The notes: generated from the sequence alone by a model not told the origin. Counted from the whole stretch's first letter, positions 36,119 to 50,230 are shown. The stretch is DNA of 63,701 nt, filler included, from Octopus bimaculoides (GCF_001194135.2; 11 parts of 11 records of this genome joined end to end with filler, not necessarily neighbours in it), one strand, 5' to 3'. Translations and numbers: made by a program.

Positions 36119-38671
36119 GGGAATTTGATCCTATGCTTATTTTAAAATTAGTACGGTTTTAGGTATTTCTGGTACATGCAGTTCCCTATTTTACTTTAAA
36201 GAAAAGGCAGTTTTAATATACAATCTTAACTACAGGCGTGTTTTATTTTAGAGACTTGTTCTTACTGATCCCTTCTACAGAATATGATCCGATATGAACA
36301 GAATGGACACGAATAGGGAGTCTTTGATATTTGATCACAGATTTTCTCGGTCGGGAAATGGCCTGGAACTAAAGAGCAACAACATCAGGAACAATAGCAA
36401 GAACAACAGAAGCCGCAGTAACAATAAAAACAACGACAACAACAAAAATCTATGTGAATTTGTTGTTGTATATTCCTGACATCATTCAATCACTAGCGGA
36501 AGTAAACACGGAACATAAACCTATTGATGTGATGTAATAAATCCCAACCCAATGATATCGCCATTGTATCTATTGTATCTCAATGTGCAGCAATAATTAG
36601 AACGGCAACAAGCCTTTATTATGTGATACGATATCATCAGAGATCTCGTGTGAGGCGTGCGTAGAGCGCCAGCGCTGTGTGCTAATATATNNNNNNNNNN
36701 NNNNNNNNNNNNNNNNNNNNNNNNNNNNNNNNNNNNNNNNNNNNNNNNNNNNNNNNNNNNNNNNNNNNNNNNNNNNNNNNNNNNNNNNNNNNNNNNNNNN
36801 NNNNNNNNNNNNNNNNNNNNNNNNNNNNNNNNNNNNNNNNNNNNNNNNNNNNNNNNNNNNNNNNNNNNNNNNNNNNNNNNNNNNNNNNNNNNNNNNNNNN
36901 NNNNNNNNNNNNATATATATGTATATGTATGTATGTATGTGAGTGTATGTATGTATAGGGTGTGTGTTCACGCGCGCGTGTATGTGTCAATCAATAAATA
37001 ACTAATTCTTACAGAGATTAATTTACATATATCTTTTTGATGTGAAACAACAAAAATATCAAAGGCACACACACGTAAGCAACATCAGCAGTAGCAGCAT
37101 TGACATCAGCAGCAGCAGCAGTAAAACTCTCCCCGCCACCACCGCTATTATCATCACTGCCGCTGTCGTCGTCGTCGGCGTCGTCGTCGTCGTCGCCATT
37201 GTTGCTTTCGTCGTCCGCCCTCAGCACTGTTTTTCAATAACAACACTATTATTAATAACAGTTAACTCACGCATCGGCAGAGTCATTACCATCTTCCACC
37301 TATTCCTAACACTCTTTCATCGCCTCCTCATTATCAGCATTGTTGCCATCATCACAATCTCAATCAAGGTTATCCTCACAAATATTGCCACCATCCTCCT
37401 CCTCATCACCACCATAATCGTCAATCGTATCATAATAATAATAATCTTCTTCTGCTATTACTATAGTCATCGTTATCATCAACTTAATTATCATCGTCAT
37501 CCCCTTCATCCCAAATACCATCTTCATAACGACATATATCAGTTAATGAGAGAAACAGGAAGAAGGACCCGTGATATATTTGAAACCTCCAACGAGGTTG
37601 ATGAGATCAATGTAGTTTACGATCAATTTGAAAATCTGTGGATCGATATCTGAACGGAAATTGTGGATGGAATAAGTGTCATGATTTATTCTGCTGTTCT
37701 GTAGAGCTAATAATTTTACCAAGTATTTAGTGGGTGTATGTGGGGAATAAAACATATTAAACACGTGATGTATTCCGAGTGGATAGATGGAAGTGGTATC
37801 CGATATATAGACGAACGGAGCAGAGACCGTTGTAGCAGTTGTAGAAGGCAGGTAAAGGTGACACAGAGGATTCACTTCTGTTAGATGTAAATAGTAGTAT
37901 GAAATGTTAGGGTGGTTGAGCACTGAGATAGCTGCCTTCTTTCTTTTTCTTTCAGAAAATAGTAATACTGTGCACATGGAAGAATGCATTACCTACTGGC
38001 GTGGCGTGAGCAATTTAAGAAGCAACTTGTTTGAAACGAATTTTGTACCACTTCAGAATGCAAGTGAAGAGTGGCAAAAACATATTTCGAACAATCTTCC
38101 ACTATTTCAACCAAATTCATCAACTTATAACCTATCAGATATTGAGCAACGTAAATAAGAAAATACTCCGATGGCTTCGAACAGATGATATTCCCTCGAA
38201 CTATATTGTTTCCCAAACAGTTCATATAGAATTACATTAATAATCTTGCGCAGAAACATCAGAAATCTTATAGCTTTCATTGTTCAAATATAAAATTACC
38301 AATCGATGAGACCGTTAATAAAAAACCACTTACAATGCCTAGCAAAGTTGAAGTTAATGTTTATCTTCAAGGATCCACCAATCATAAAGATGATGTTTCC
38401 AATTCACTGAATCCATTACAAAATTCTGAAAACAACAAAACCATTTAACTTTTCAATATAAGTTATTTCGGCTTTTCTTTTTATTATTCCAGTTTTGGGG
38501 ATACATATTTTCAGTTTCTTTTGCATGAACCTTATTATATATACTTTCATTAGCCTGTCAAATCATTCATAGTTTTGTTTATCTATTCATTTTATTTCGC
38601 TGATAAGGGTTTTATTTCTCTCTTCGGAAACTACTTCTATTTGTATGAATGAATTTTGTTGAAGTGAACAA

Positions 38672-38717
<46 letters not shown>

Positions 38718-39393
38718 CAGCAATGTTATCAAACCTCTGCCTAGTTTGTTCAGTATCAGATGAAGAGTGAATGAAGAACCAGTTGATAATTAGCAGATTT
38801 TGTCAAACTACTCCTCATTTTGTTTTGTAATGACGGATAATGTCAAAAAGGTTCACTCGAGTGAGAATGATTGGTTTAGCTTTGACGTACCAGAAACTAA
38901 AATTGCAGGGTTTCTTCACATGGTGAGAGAGAAGAGTTCTCGCGACTGAAATATGGAGCTAGAGTCATTTGTTAATACTAAGTACAAGATTTGTTTGCTT
39001 TGTGTTGTTGGCGGAAGCAAAATCTGGTACATGAAACTTCATCCTCGAATAGAGGTGCTTGCGGAGGTCTAAAAGAGTCCAATGATATTTTTGTTATTAA
39101 TTTTGTTGTATAGTGACACAGATTCACTGTAATCCAGGGAAAACATGCCTTCCGAGAAGCATGGCTGATCCGCATTTATTTTGGTCATTACCATCTGCAC
39201 GGATTCTGAGGGAAAGAAAAAGCAAATCTCTTGGAGCCACAGGGTGCAATCGAAAATGAAGATTATGTCATATTACTGTCGAAGACACCGCACATGTGAC
39301 AAGCAGTTGCCTAAAAGTATCGCTAATACAATATACAATGTCATTCAGAAAAGACTGTCCTGGAATGAATATACAATTACCCCCAGTAATGGA

Positions 39394-39457
<64 letters not shown>

Positions 39458-39978
39458 ATATATATACAAACAGCACAGAGGATATAGGTGGCATATTCCC
39501 ATCAAAACTTTTGTCAATTGAAAACATAATAGGCTAGATATTGTTGATTGGGACAGGCAAGAAAAGGTATGTACAATCATACCTGTCAGCCGTTCCGCTA
39601 ATGTAAATATCTCTTTGGAAATGAAAGAGAAAGAAGATAACGCTAGACAAATGCTGTGGAACCTCTTGCTTCTCTATCCAAAATATAAATTCATACACAT
39701 ACCAATAATAATTGATGCACATGATTTTGTGAGCAAATTCTTAAGTGACAATCTGAATAAGAAAGGGTTTTTGCAAAAAGAAATCAATAACTAACACAGT
39801 TTTAAAATGTGAATATGTTTTCGTTATCGACATTCGAACGACAGAGCTTTGCATCCTCAGACCAAGATGGTTTAAGTCAGAAGAGAACACATAAACACAT
39901 ACGCACATACATACACACATACATACATACATACATGCATACATTCAAACATATATATACATAGATGTAGTAGCAGCT

Positions 39979-40041
<63 letters not shown>

Positions 40042-40892
40042 ATCACTGCAGGAATTGACTAGTCGCATTCTCTCTGGTGTTCTGCTAAATCAGCACACTA
40101 AAAACAGCAATGCAGTTTCAGGTGAAATTCAAATAAAAACGTTTCAAACTCCAAAGCTAGAATTGCTCTGTAATTACGCAATATCCGAAATTCGGAACCA
40201 TTGAAATATTTCTGTGGATAACCAATATCCTAACTTTTACACGTTCGATATTGAATGTGTAAATAACTGCTCTCCTTCATTTAAATATTATATAACAAAT
40301 ATGATAATTTTTTGAAATGACAAACAACCACAGAACGGTTTCATGGAGCATATCTAACCCTCCTCAATCATGCTTCAAACACGCCCGATTGCAGGCCTTC
40401 TGAAAGGTTGTCGAAACAGACGCTTGCCACCCACCTGTACGCTTTTAAAACGTTGTTAAGAGTAATAAGATTTCGAACCCGTAAAGATGTTTCTGATGTA
40501 CCCGGCCCCTATAACAACGAGTATCTAACAGCTGGCTGCCTCAAGGTCCGTATCACATAGTCCTAACTCCTACAAGGAATCGCAACTTTTTTAATTTCTC
40601 TAGTTTGCCCCATTACTCTCTTTTACCGTGAAAACCTGCGTGGGAAGGGTCTTCCTTGCAGTTTATGAATGACAGTAGGTATGGGAAATGATCTAACAGG
40701 TAGTACAAATTAAGGATCTCTTTTAGATGTACACCTAATATAAAAAAGTATTAAGTAATGATTCAAGTCCTCGAACAACGTCAAGGACGCTCACGTAGAA
40801 TTAACAGTAAATGTCCAGTAAATAGCCCATGCAACGCATGGTCTACAAAGCAGGAGTGGTGTTGTGTAACAGCAGCAAGGAAAGGACACATA

Positions 40893-40924
<32 letters not shown>

Positions 40925-41774
40925 TAATATTTTGATGCAAAAGAATGATCTTTTAAGACCCGGATAATTAATCAAAGATCCTCTTTTAGAGTGCCAGAGA
41001 GGCGCAATGTTACAACATTGGTTCGGTGCGCTCGATGTTTGTTTTTTTTCTTCTTCTTTTCCACGAAAAAAACACCAAATAAACATCGCTTGACGAACAT
41101 CAGGCAAAATACAATTTACAGAATGCAACAAGGAAGTCAACCAACTAGAACCAGAGACTTTGCCAAAACAACATTATTTTCACCAAAACATTCACGAGAA
41201 ATGCAAAAAGACGTCATCTAAATCAGCAATCAAACACTTAATCCTTTAGCATAAAAGNNNNNNNNNNNNNNNNNNNNNNNNNNNNNNNNNNNNNNNNNNN
41301 NNNNNNNNNNNNNNNNNNNNNNNNNNNNNNNNNNNNNNNNNNNNNNNNNNNNNNNNNNNNNNNNNNNNNNNNNNNNNNNNNNNNNNNNNNNNNNNNNNNN
41401 NNNNNNNNNNNNNNNNNNNNNNNNNNNNNNNNNNNNNNNNNNNNNNNNNNNNNNNNNNNNNNNNNNNNNNNNNNNNNNNNNNNNNNNNNNNNNNNNNNNN
41501 NNNNNNNNNNNNNNNNNNNNNNNNNNNNNNNNNNNNNNNNNNNNNNNNNNNNNNNNNNNNNNNNNNNNNNNNNNNNNNNNNNNNNNNNNNNNNNNNNNNN
41601 NNNNNNNNNNNNNNNNNNNNNNNNNNNNNNNNNNNNNNNNNNNNNNNNNNNNNNNNNNNNNNNNNNNNNNNNNNNNNNNNNNNNNNNNNNNNNNNNNNNN
41701 NNNNNNNNNNNNNNNNNNNNNNNNATGACAATGACATCACGCGTAAACGGCTCCTTTCCTCAGAAAAAGAAAAG

Positions 41775-41865
41775 ATTTGGCTATTTCTTGCACACACTGC
41801 TACCACGTAACAGGTATTTCGAACTGTTACGTGGTAGTAGGGCTTGCTAGAAATAGCAGCCAAAT
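41775..41865. repeat. ~90-bp hairpin with family E motif in both arms
   Basis: Perfect 14-bp stem CTACCACGTAACAG/CTGTTACGTGGTAG with 10-nt loop; outer arms TTTGGCTATTTCTTGCA / TGCTAGAAATAGCAGCCAAAT. Confidence 0.8.
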
Positions 41866-42276
41866 GTTTGAAGGTGAGATACGTTGAATGCACTCGAAAG
41901 AAACCAACGGAAAAAAGACTATTTCACGCTGATGTTACGAACAGGTCTTTTACGAAATATTTACTGTATTCTTAAAGTCATTTTCACTTAAAAATATTTT
42001 GCCTATCATAATGTGTCTAATGGAAAGTTTAAAGTTTCTTCTCTTTCAGTAAGATTTGGACTTATATTATTTCGAACTCTAAGTTGCGAAGATGAACTTC
42101 TATGCTGCACTTCAACCAAAATTGCGAAAAGAGCTACTCGCACCACGAACAAAATTGTAAAAATTAAAAAAAAAAAACATTATCTTTCTCTTCGATATTT
42201 TCTGTTCCTTCTCCCCTTCTTTATAAAGACTCATGATGACTGAACTTTCAATAAAGTACATTTATGATCTTCACCA

Positions 42277-42328
<52 letters not shown>

Positions 42329-42656
42329 GTTTGATTTTTCTCTTTTCTTCTTTTTTTCTCTGACTCCTGACGAAGGATTGAATCTGAAACGTTGGACATT
42401 CCACTCCTCGCGGTAAGTTCACTGTACCCCTTTCAGTTTTTTTTTCTATGTGTACAGATAGATAGATACATGTACACACACAGGATAAGAGAGAGAGAGA
42501 TATATATAGAGAGGGAAAGATACACAGCTGATATGTATGTAACTGGAATATAATAAATGCATGCTTATAGCTGAACAAAATGGTATATATATGCAATATA
42601 TTATGTAAGATATATTACATATGAATATGAAAGCATAAACGAATGTATGTCTGTGT

Positions 42657-42756
42657 NNNNNNNNNNNNNNNNNNNNNNNNNNNNNNNNNNNNNNNNNNNN
42701 TTAATTAATTAANNNNNNNNNNNNNNNNNNNNNNNNNNNNNNNNNNNNNNNNNNNN
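42657..42756. other. Artificial scaffolding linker
   Basis: N44-TTAATTAATTAA-N44. Confidence 0.95.
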
Positions 42757-42844
42757 CATGCTAAATAGGGCAGTTAAAGACCAAACCACGATAAAAAATC
42801 CTTAAGGCACGCTGTTAATGACATCATTGTAAGAACAAATCACA

Positions 42845-43055
42845 CCTAGGAATTATCCTTTGTAAGCCTGTACTTGCTCTATCTTGTGCGGAACTACTAA
42901 GTTTCCGTCTCGAAATCGTTTCACAAGGCTTTGGTCGGCCCGAGGATGTCGTAGAAGACACTTCCCCAAAATGCCACGCATTGACACTGAACCCCTAACC
43001 ATTTGGTTGGGAAGCCAGCTTCTTACCACACAGACACTTCTGCGCCTATGTGCAG
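42845..43055 (-). mobile_element. SINE family A, degraded
   Basis: TTTGTAAGCCTGTACTT..., CACAAGGCTTTGGTCGGCCCGAGG, CTTCTTACCACACAG. Confidence 0.8.
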
Positions 43056-43422
43056 CCCCATTTATTTATACCAACATAAATTTTAATTTCAAATAACTTC
43101 ATATGAATATTTCATCAAACTCTATCTCCTGTTACTTCGGAATAGCTTAAATAAGAATAATGACAACTTTTTTTTATCCTTTATTAAACATAGTTCAAAA
43201 TACACCGTTAGACTTTTACAAAATTCGCTTGAAACGCTATTTCGTTTGAAACTTATTCATATTTTCATTAACCAATCAAATTTTACAGATCTTATGCGAT
43301 CTATGTCATATTTTATTTGGGACGATGAATCGATTGATAATGTAGACATGTTTTTGTATGTGTATGTACGTATAAGTGAATATATATATATGTGTGTGTA
43401 TATGTGTATATGGGTGTATGTG

Positions 43423-43454
<32 letters not shown>

Positions 43455-44150
43455 TATATATGTGTGCGTGTTCTTATGTGCATTTTCTGTTTTCTTATAT
43501 ATATGGATTTGCATGTACATAAGCGTACTTACATGTATGTGAGTGTGTGTATATATTTGTGCATGATAAGTATATATCTAAGTGAAAACTAATCAAAGCT
43601 TTTATGTATATGTATGTATGTGTGTTTCCGTATATATATATATATCTGTATGTGTATCAGTGTATATTTCTACTTATCCTGAATTAGTAAAAAAAAAATA
43701 TATGATCGTGTGATAGTAACTGGGAATATATTCTTATATATACATAAGTTCTTTTTTTATATATAGAAATTACATATGTAATTTAATTTATCACCTCATT
43801 CATATTGCACATTATTAATATTATAATTTAATCTTCAATCTCTATTTATCTACCCTTCCTTGACCTAATTATATTTGTATAACATATCTTACCCATTACA
43901 AAATTGTTACCCCCACCGCCTAGACATATATCAATACTAATCATAAACAGTGTTCTTCAGTCTGCCGTGATGGCTCAAACAACTAACACACAATATTTCT
44001 AAGGGTATAATCTCTCTGAAGAGATTAAGCTCAGAAATATGATTTCTTAATTTCACTGGGCCTAATTGAAACAGCTGTAAGAGATAATGATCGATTTTTT
44101 ATGCTTTGATAAACTCTCATGAACTTCAATATCTCCATTTACTAATTCTT

Positions 44151-44185
<35 letters not shown>

Positions 44186-44255
44186 GTTGTACTTGGTGAT
44201 GGTCATATTGCCAGTTTAGCCAATAAAACCACACGCACTTATATATATATATATA

Positions 44256-44286
<31 letters not shown>

Positions 44287-45514
44287 GTAGCAAACCATAG
44301 AGGCAAATCTTTTTTACTAACTTATTTAGAAAATATGAAAGCCGACCTAAGCCGGGAGATGCAACGAGTAATCAGCAACCACTTATGCAAAACATAAGCA
44401 CACACACTCATCACCAACTCATCACCAAATCACACACACAAGGCTCCATACAAAAAGCTACCCTCACTGCTACCTCTGAACAACATAACAAGACGCTGAG
44501 CTCTGAGACCAATACAAGTATCAAGCTATTCTTGCCTCTACATGCAGATACGTAATGTAAGGCTGAACACAGTATGGCCCTATGTGAAGTGGTTCTCTGG
44601 GCAGAAACGATGAGGAACTGGAGCTCCTTACCGGCAATGGTTGTCCTGTAAGGAGACCCTGTCAGCTAGACGGCAGTTCGGTCGAGCCGATGAGTAAAGA
44701 CACACAAACATTGCATTTTATGTAATAGAGGAGGTTTTCATAGGTGCAAGAAAAACAGTTACGGATGTATTCAGTGTGATGGCTAGGCCTTGCAAGGACG
44801 GTAGTATTAATAATGAATGGACTGAGGGAAGTGAAGGAGCCAGGATTCTCTAGAATGGGATTTTGGAAGGGAACTACGGACCTGTAAGTCGTGTAGTTTT
44901 CCAGATCACTTGAAGGAGGAGAGAGGTCGGCTAATGAAAAGTGTGTGAGTGAAAGCCGGAATGAACTCGAGAAGTGTGAAAGCCTTTCCGGCGAAGAGTT
45001 TCGTTAGCAGGGTGGAAAAGGATGAGAAAAGAAATGTGTTTGGAAAGGTTGAGGAGAGAGAGTGGAGCACATATCACGCTGACAAGTACGTGGTAGAGCA
45101 ACTGGGACTAAGGTGGTGAGACTTCCCTGGTGTGTGAAAAGAGGGTCCAAATATCAAAACTGAAGGTCTTGGCCAGAGATACACAGACGTCAGAGACGGA
45201 TGAATTGAGAATGTATGTGTATGTGTGCATGTGAGTGTGTATGTGTATATACGTGTCTATGTGTACGTATGTGTATATATGTGCATATACGTGTGCATGA
45301 GTATCATCGGAGTACAGACCGAAACTTCGAAGTCACTGTCGAAATCGTCTTATTCAAGAATTAGAAATTTGTACTTTACGAAAGTACAGAGTAACACACA
45401 TCAGAATAAACTAAAATTGTTCTTATTACAAGTGAACATAAAAACAAGCATTATATTTATATATATATCTACGTGTGTTATTGTGTGTGCGTGTGTTTGT
45501 ATAATATATATACA

Positions 45515-45550
<36 letters not shown>

Positions 45551-46269
45551 GCGCATATTTACGAATTACCATAAAAACCTTCATCAGACATTTCAAACCA
45601 AGATGATGTTCACTAATTTATTGAACCCATATTTAATGACCTATATAATTTACATTTGTACTGAGTACCTCTCTACTCATCAGCCGCATAGTTATTCATA
45701 TTACTAATCTATCTCATTCTGGACTTTAAATAAATTGATCAATACCGTTTTTGTAGAATAAATGCGGAAGAATATTATCTATTCATGATAAATACATGCT
45801 GCATTATTGCAGTTAGTTCGCTATAATAGCAGAAATAAAAAGCAACCCCACAGATAACTCTTAATGACAACTACATAAACAAAGCAACTACATACACACA
45901 CACATACATACATACATACATACGTACATATCTATATCTCTCTTTCTCACTCTATATATATATATATATATATGTTTGAGTGTGTGTGTGTGTGTGTGTG
46001 TGTGTGTACATATATAGATAGATATACGGACAGACAGACAGACAGGTAGATAAATAGTCAGACAGACAAGGTAGATAGATAGATAGATAGACAGACAGAG
46101 AGACAGACAAGCAGATAAATAGACAGACAGGCAGAACATAGAGAGAGAGATTGATAGACAGAGAGACAGACAGACATAAAGAGAGATATAGATTGATAGA
46201 CAGACAGACAGATGGATACATACGTACGTAGAAATACAGGCACTCGCGCGTATATCTTTAACATTTTTA

Positions 46270-46430
46270 ACAAAATTACTATTGACGGTGACTCAAAAGC
46301 TTCGGCTTGTTAAGCCATTATCGGAGTGCTTATCTGGTACTTATTTATCGACTCGAACGGAAGAAAAGCGGAATTTGAACTCAGAACGTGAGGAGGTACG
46401 AAATGCCGCTAAGATTGTCCAGCGTGATGG
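46270..46430 (-). mobile_element. SINE family B fragment
   Basis: Minus strand CTTAGCGGCATTTCGT...ACGTTCTGAGTTCAAATTCCGC...GTCGATAAATAAGTACC. Confidence 0.75.
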
Positions 46431-46477
46431 TTCTTAATTTATTCTTTCAATATTACAAGCAGAATTTATATTACAAA

Positions 46478-46685
46478 CAGAATCCCTAATACACCGGGCG
46501 AAATGCCTAGCGACATTTCGTCTCTCTTTACTTTTTGAGATTAAATCCTGCCGAAGTTGACTTTGCCTTTCATCCTTTCTTCAGGGTCGAGAAAATAAGC
46601 ACCAACTGAACACTGGTGTCGATGTAAGAGACTTACTCTTCTCCCCGAAATTGCTAGCCTTGTGCCAAAATTGGAAACCAATATT
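46478..46685 (+). mobile_element. SINE family B
   Basis: Body GTTGACTTTGCCTTTCATCC...; flanked by repeated ATATTACAAACAGAAT (46468-46483, 46681-46696). Confidence 0.85.
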
Positions 46686-48609
46686 ACAAACAGAATTTAG
46701 TGCACAATGCGATGAGTTAAATCTTGCAGTAATTTTGGATAGCGATGTCATTCATCCGTTCAGTTGAAATGTACGACATGCCAAAGATTTTATGGAGTTT
46801 CTTAAAACTCAGAGCATGAATATTGTAATGTTCTTACTCGTTCCAACCTTTACTGTACACACACTTTTTGCATCATAATAGACTCTGGAGTAGCACAATC
46901 AAAGAAAAGACTTTTGTTCAATAATATTATTTTCAAGGTGGCGAGTGACAGTTGACTTGGAGTTGTTGAGATTTACTTGCAGTTTCTGCGATCTGACTTG
47001 ACAACATGCGTGAATTAATTTTGCATTTCATCAATTCCGCATTTCATCAATTCTGCATTTCATCAACATTTCTCCATAACGTTCTGCAATCTGAGTTGAT
47101 ATCTCGTGTAAATTAACTATCTGTTTCCTCAAATTTGCGTTTCATCAACAAACTCCCAGCCTGTGACAATATTGGCACAAATGTAAGAGCGTGTAATGAG
47201 GTACCATGCATATCTGTTCCGGTTCCTTCCAATTGGAACTCAATTCCACGCTTTTATATTGGCCTTGTCATTATGAACCGCTGCCTCTGAATCTCTATTG
47301 ATCTCTGAAAACTTACTATTCCGTGAAATTACAATTGCCTTATGGAAGCAGAAGTTGAGAGTGGATTTTCATTTCATTGCCTTAGATACAAAGATATCCT
47401 ACAAAGTACCTTGAAGGTGAACTATCATTTATTTCCACGTTAACAATATTGAGTCCAATTCTGATAATTTACATTATAACCACTACCATACCATGTTATA
47501 TTACTGAACATGGCTATTGTGAAGATGCGTGCGCACGATTTGTGTGTTGTGTTACTACATCTGTTATACGGAGAAACTGTGTATAGCTATATTTGTTAGA
47601 AACGACTAAAAATTTTCTTTGTGAATCTTTTAATTATATATTCATCTATTTTTTTATCTTCCCATATTGACACCATCCGTAATTTTGAGACGATTTCGAG
47701 GTTATATTAATCAGTATTTCCTCAAAAATATTTACAGTAATAGCGAACACACTATAAAGTTAGAAGCCGCAGAGAAGATGGAAAGTATTCTTGGAATAGA
47801 GTGTGCTCACAGAATTGAAGATTTCATGCAATTATTTTAGTTACCGTTCTCCGGGCTAGATAATTATACTAGTCTTAAATGAAGGATTTTATATGAATTT
47901 TAGACCTATATTAATCAATGTTTTTTAAAAACCAATGGTTCGTAACAATAATATTTAGTAGAAAATATATAAAATTCGGTTAAATCCATTTATATTTCTC
48001 ATCAATCACCCCTCACATATGTATAAATCAAAAAACGAGACATTTTGAAATCAGTTAAATTACTATCTGTAGGCATGCTCATGTCAAAGACCTGTTCATA
48101 TATGAACACATGCATGTGTATACCTGTATATGTTTGTGAAACTAAATCCATCCATCCATCTGGCTACCTAGCTAGCTAGCGAATTATCTCATAAACAATG
48201 AATATATTCGGGCATACACAAACATTAGTATATGCGACATTGTACCTTGTGATCTGATGTGTATTTTGGAATTGTATGCTCCTGAATATATATTGTTGTG
48301 AAAAATAATCCAGCTTCCATGAAATAACCTTGCTATTTGTATATACTAATGGACTTTATTTAACAGTTTCTGCTAATAATATTTTCTGTTATTGTGACGT
48401 CAGAGCTTTGTGTGTCCTCCGGCACATACAATAGAGATTATACTTAATAACAATACAGACTGTTTACTTCTAAGGTTTGCCGTGAAAACAATCTTCTACA
48501 TTTACACATATACAGTGATTTGCGCAAATACTCGAACATTCAGACACCCACACACAGATATATATATATATACATGTATTTAATTATACACACACACACA
48601 CACACACAC

Positions 48610-48657
<48 letters not shown>

Positions 48658-49809
48658 TCCATATATACATATGCTGCCATATGTGTCAAAATCTGATATA
48701 AATGTTGCTGCCACGTTCCACAGACGTTTTGATTCCCTGGGATTTCGCTATTCAGTTCTTAATATATTTTTATTTAGTTTCAGCTTTGTCACTATATAGC
48801 TATGCAAAATGAATAACATCACACACTTTTGTCTTTCCTCTATTATGATTACATCCTGTTTGTCTTCATGTGTTGTATTATCAATTTATACAGAAAAAAT
48901 CCCACAGGATCATATAATAGCAATTTTCAATAAAAGCTTCTAGCTAGAATTGGTAATACCAGTTTGTCTGCTGTGTGTCCAAGTTTTCAACTAGCTTCAT
49001 CCAGTCTTCTTTTCTATATCCTATTTTATATTCTTTCTATATTCTCCTTGAATCATCTACATATATTCACGTATTATAATGGATAAAAGTCTCATCTATT
49101 TCCCAACACCTCTGACATTTGATATCTTTCTGCATTTTCGCCACCTTTTGTTTTATAAACAAACAAAAAGAAAAAAAACGTAATCGCTTGTTTCTGAGTA
49201 TTTATGATAATGGCATGTTGCTTTCTTTCTTCAAAATTTCCTTCCTTCGAACTATCCGCGTTGCTTTTCTCCTGATACATATTCTGTATGCTTGATAAAT
49301 TTTACGTTCTACACTGTTCCTGCCAATACTGCTACGTATTGTTTCTTTTATTTGTAACGAAATATCATTTACATACATTCCTCCATCCATCCATCCATTC
49401 AGACATACATAAAAAAAAACTACATATATACACTGACACACATATGTATGTATCACCATTGATATCCATGGCTGCACATTAAATATGCGTTTCACATTGT
49501 CGAAAATAGCTATTTTCTACACCTATAATTGCTAAGTGTACTGTGTACGGTTTTTGTTATATTGAGTATTCTTTCGTGGTATATTTTCTTTTAAATATAT
49601 TCTCCAATCCATTGATTCTCCCTTTTCACGGTTTGTAAGTTCAACTTCACTTTTCATATTAGTGCCCTTGTTTTGTTTATGTTCTTACTTATTCGATTTA
49701 GGTTGGAAGCCCAAATGTTATGTCTGCAATATCTCATTTAACTGAGGCTCCTTTCGAAAAATAATAAAATTCTATTATCATTCTCACCATCATCATCATT
49801 GTTGTTTCC

Positions 49810-49990
49810 AGGCGGCAAATGGCAGAATCGTAAGCGGCATTTCGACCGTTCTTAGGTTCTGAGTTCAAATTCCGCCGACTTTGCCTGTCATCCATTCTGG
49901 GCCGATAAATTAAGTATCAGTCAAGTACTAGGGTCGACGTAATCCACTATCCCCTTCCTCCAAATTACATGTCTTGTTCCTATAGTAGAA
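49810..49990 (+). mobile_element. SINE family B (internal deletions)
   Basis: TGGCAGAATCG, GAGTTCAAATTCCGCCGACTTTGCC. Confidence 0.8.
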
Positions 49991-50018
49991 AGGATTATCA
50001 TCGTTGTTGCTGTTATCA

Positions 50019-50230
50019 GACGGCGAGCTGGCAGAATCGTTAGTACACCGGGGAAACTGCTTTGCGGTATTTCGTCCGTTTTTACGTTCTGACTTCAAAT
50101 TATTCCATGATCAATTCGCCATCCATCATTTCGCTGTTTATAACATAAGTACCAATTTAGCACTGGGGTCAGTGTAATCGACAGCTCTCCTTACGCAAAA
50201 TTGCTGGACTTGTCCCAAAATTTAAAAATA
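50019..50230 (+). mobile_element. SINE family B, uninterrupted (empty-site reference)
   Basis: GGCGAGCTGGCAGAATCGTTAG...GCGGTATTTCGTCCG...TTCAAAT; target motif present once at 50066-50077. Confidence 0.85.

Noticed and set aside
37042-37520. Hydrophobic multi-TM-looking ORF 37042-37653 (5' part)
   Set aside because: Derived from ATC/GTC/CAT trinucleotide low complexity
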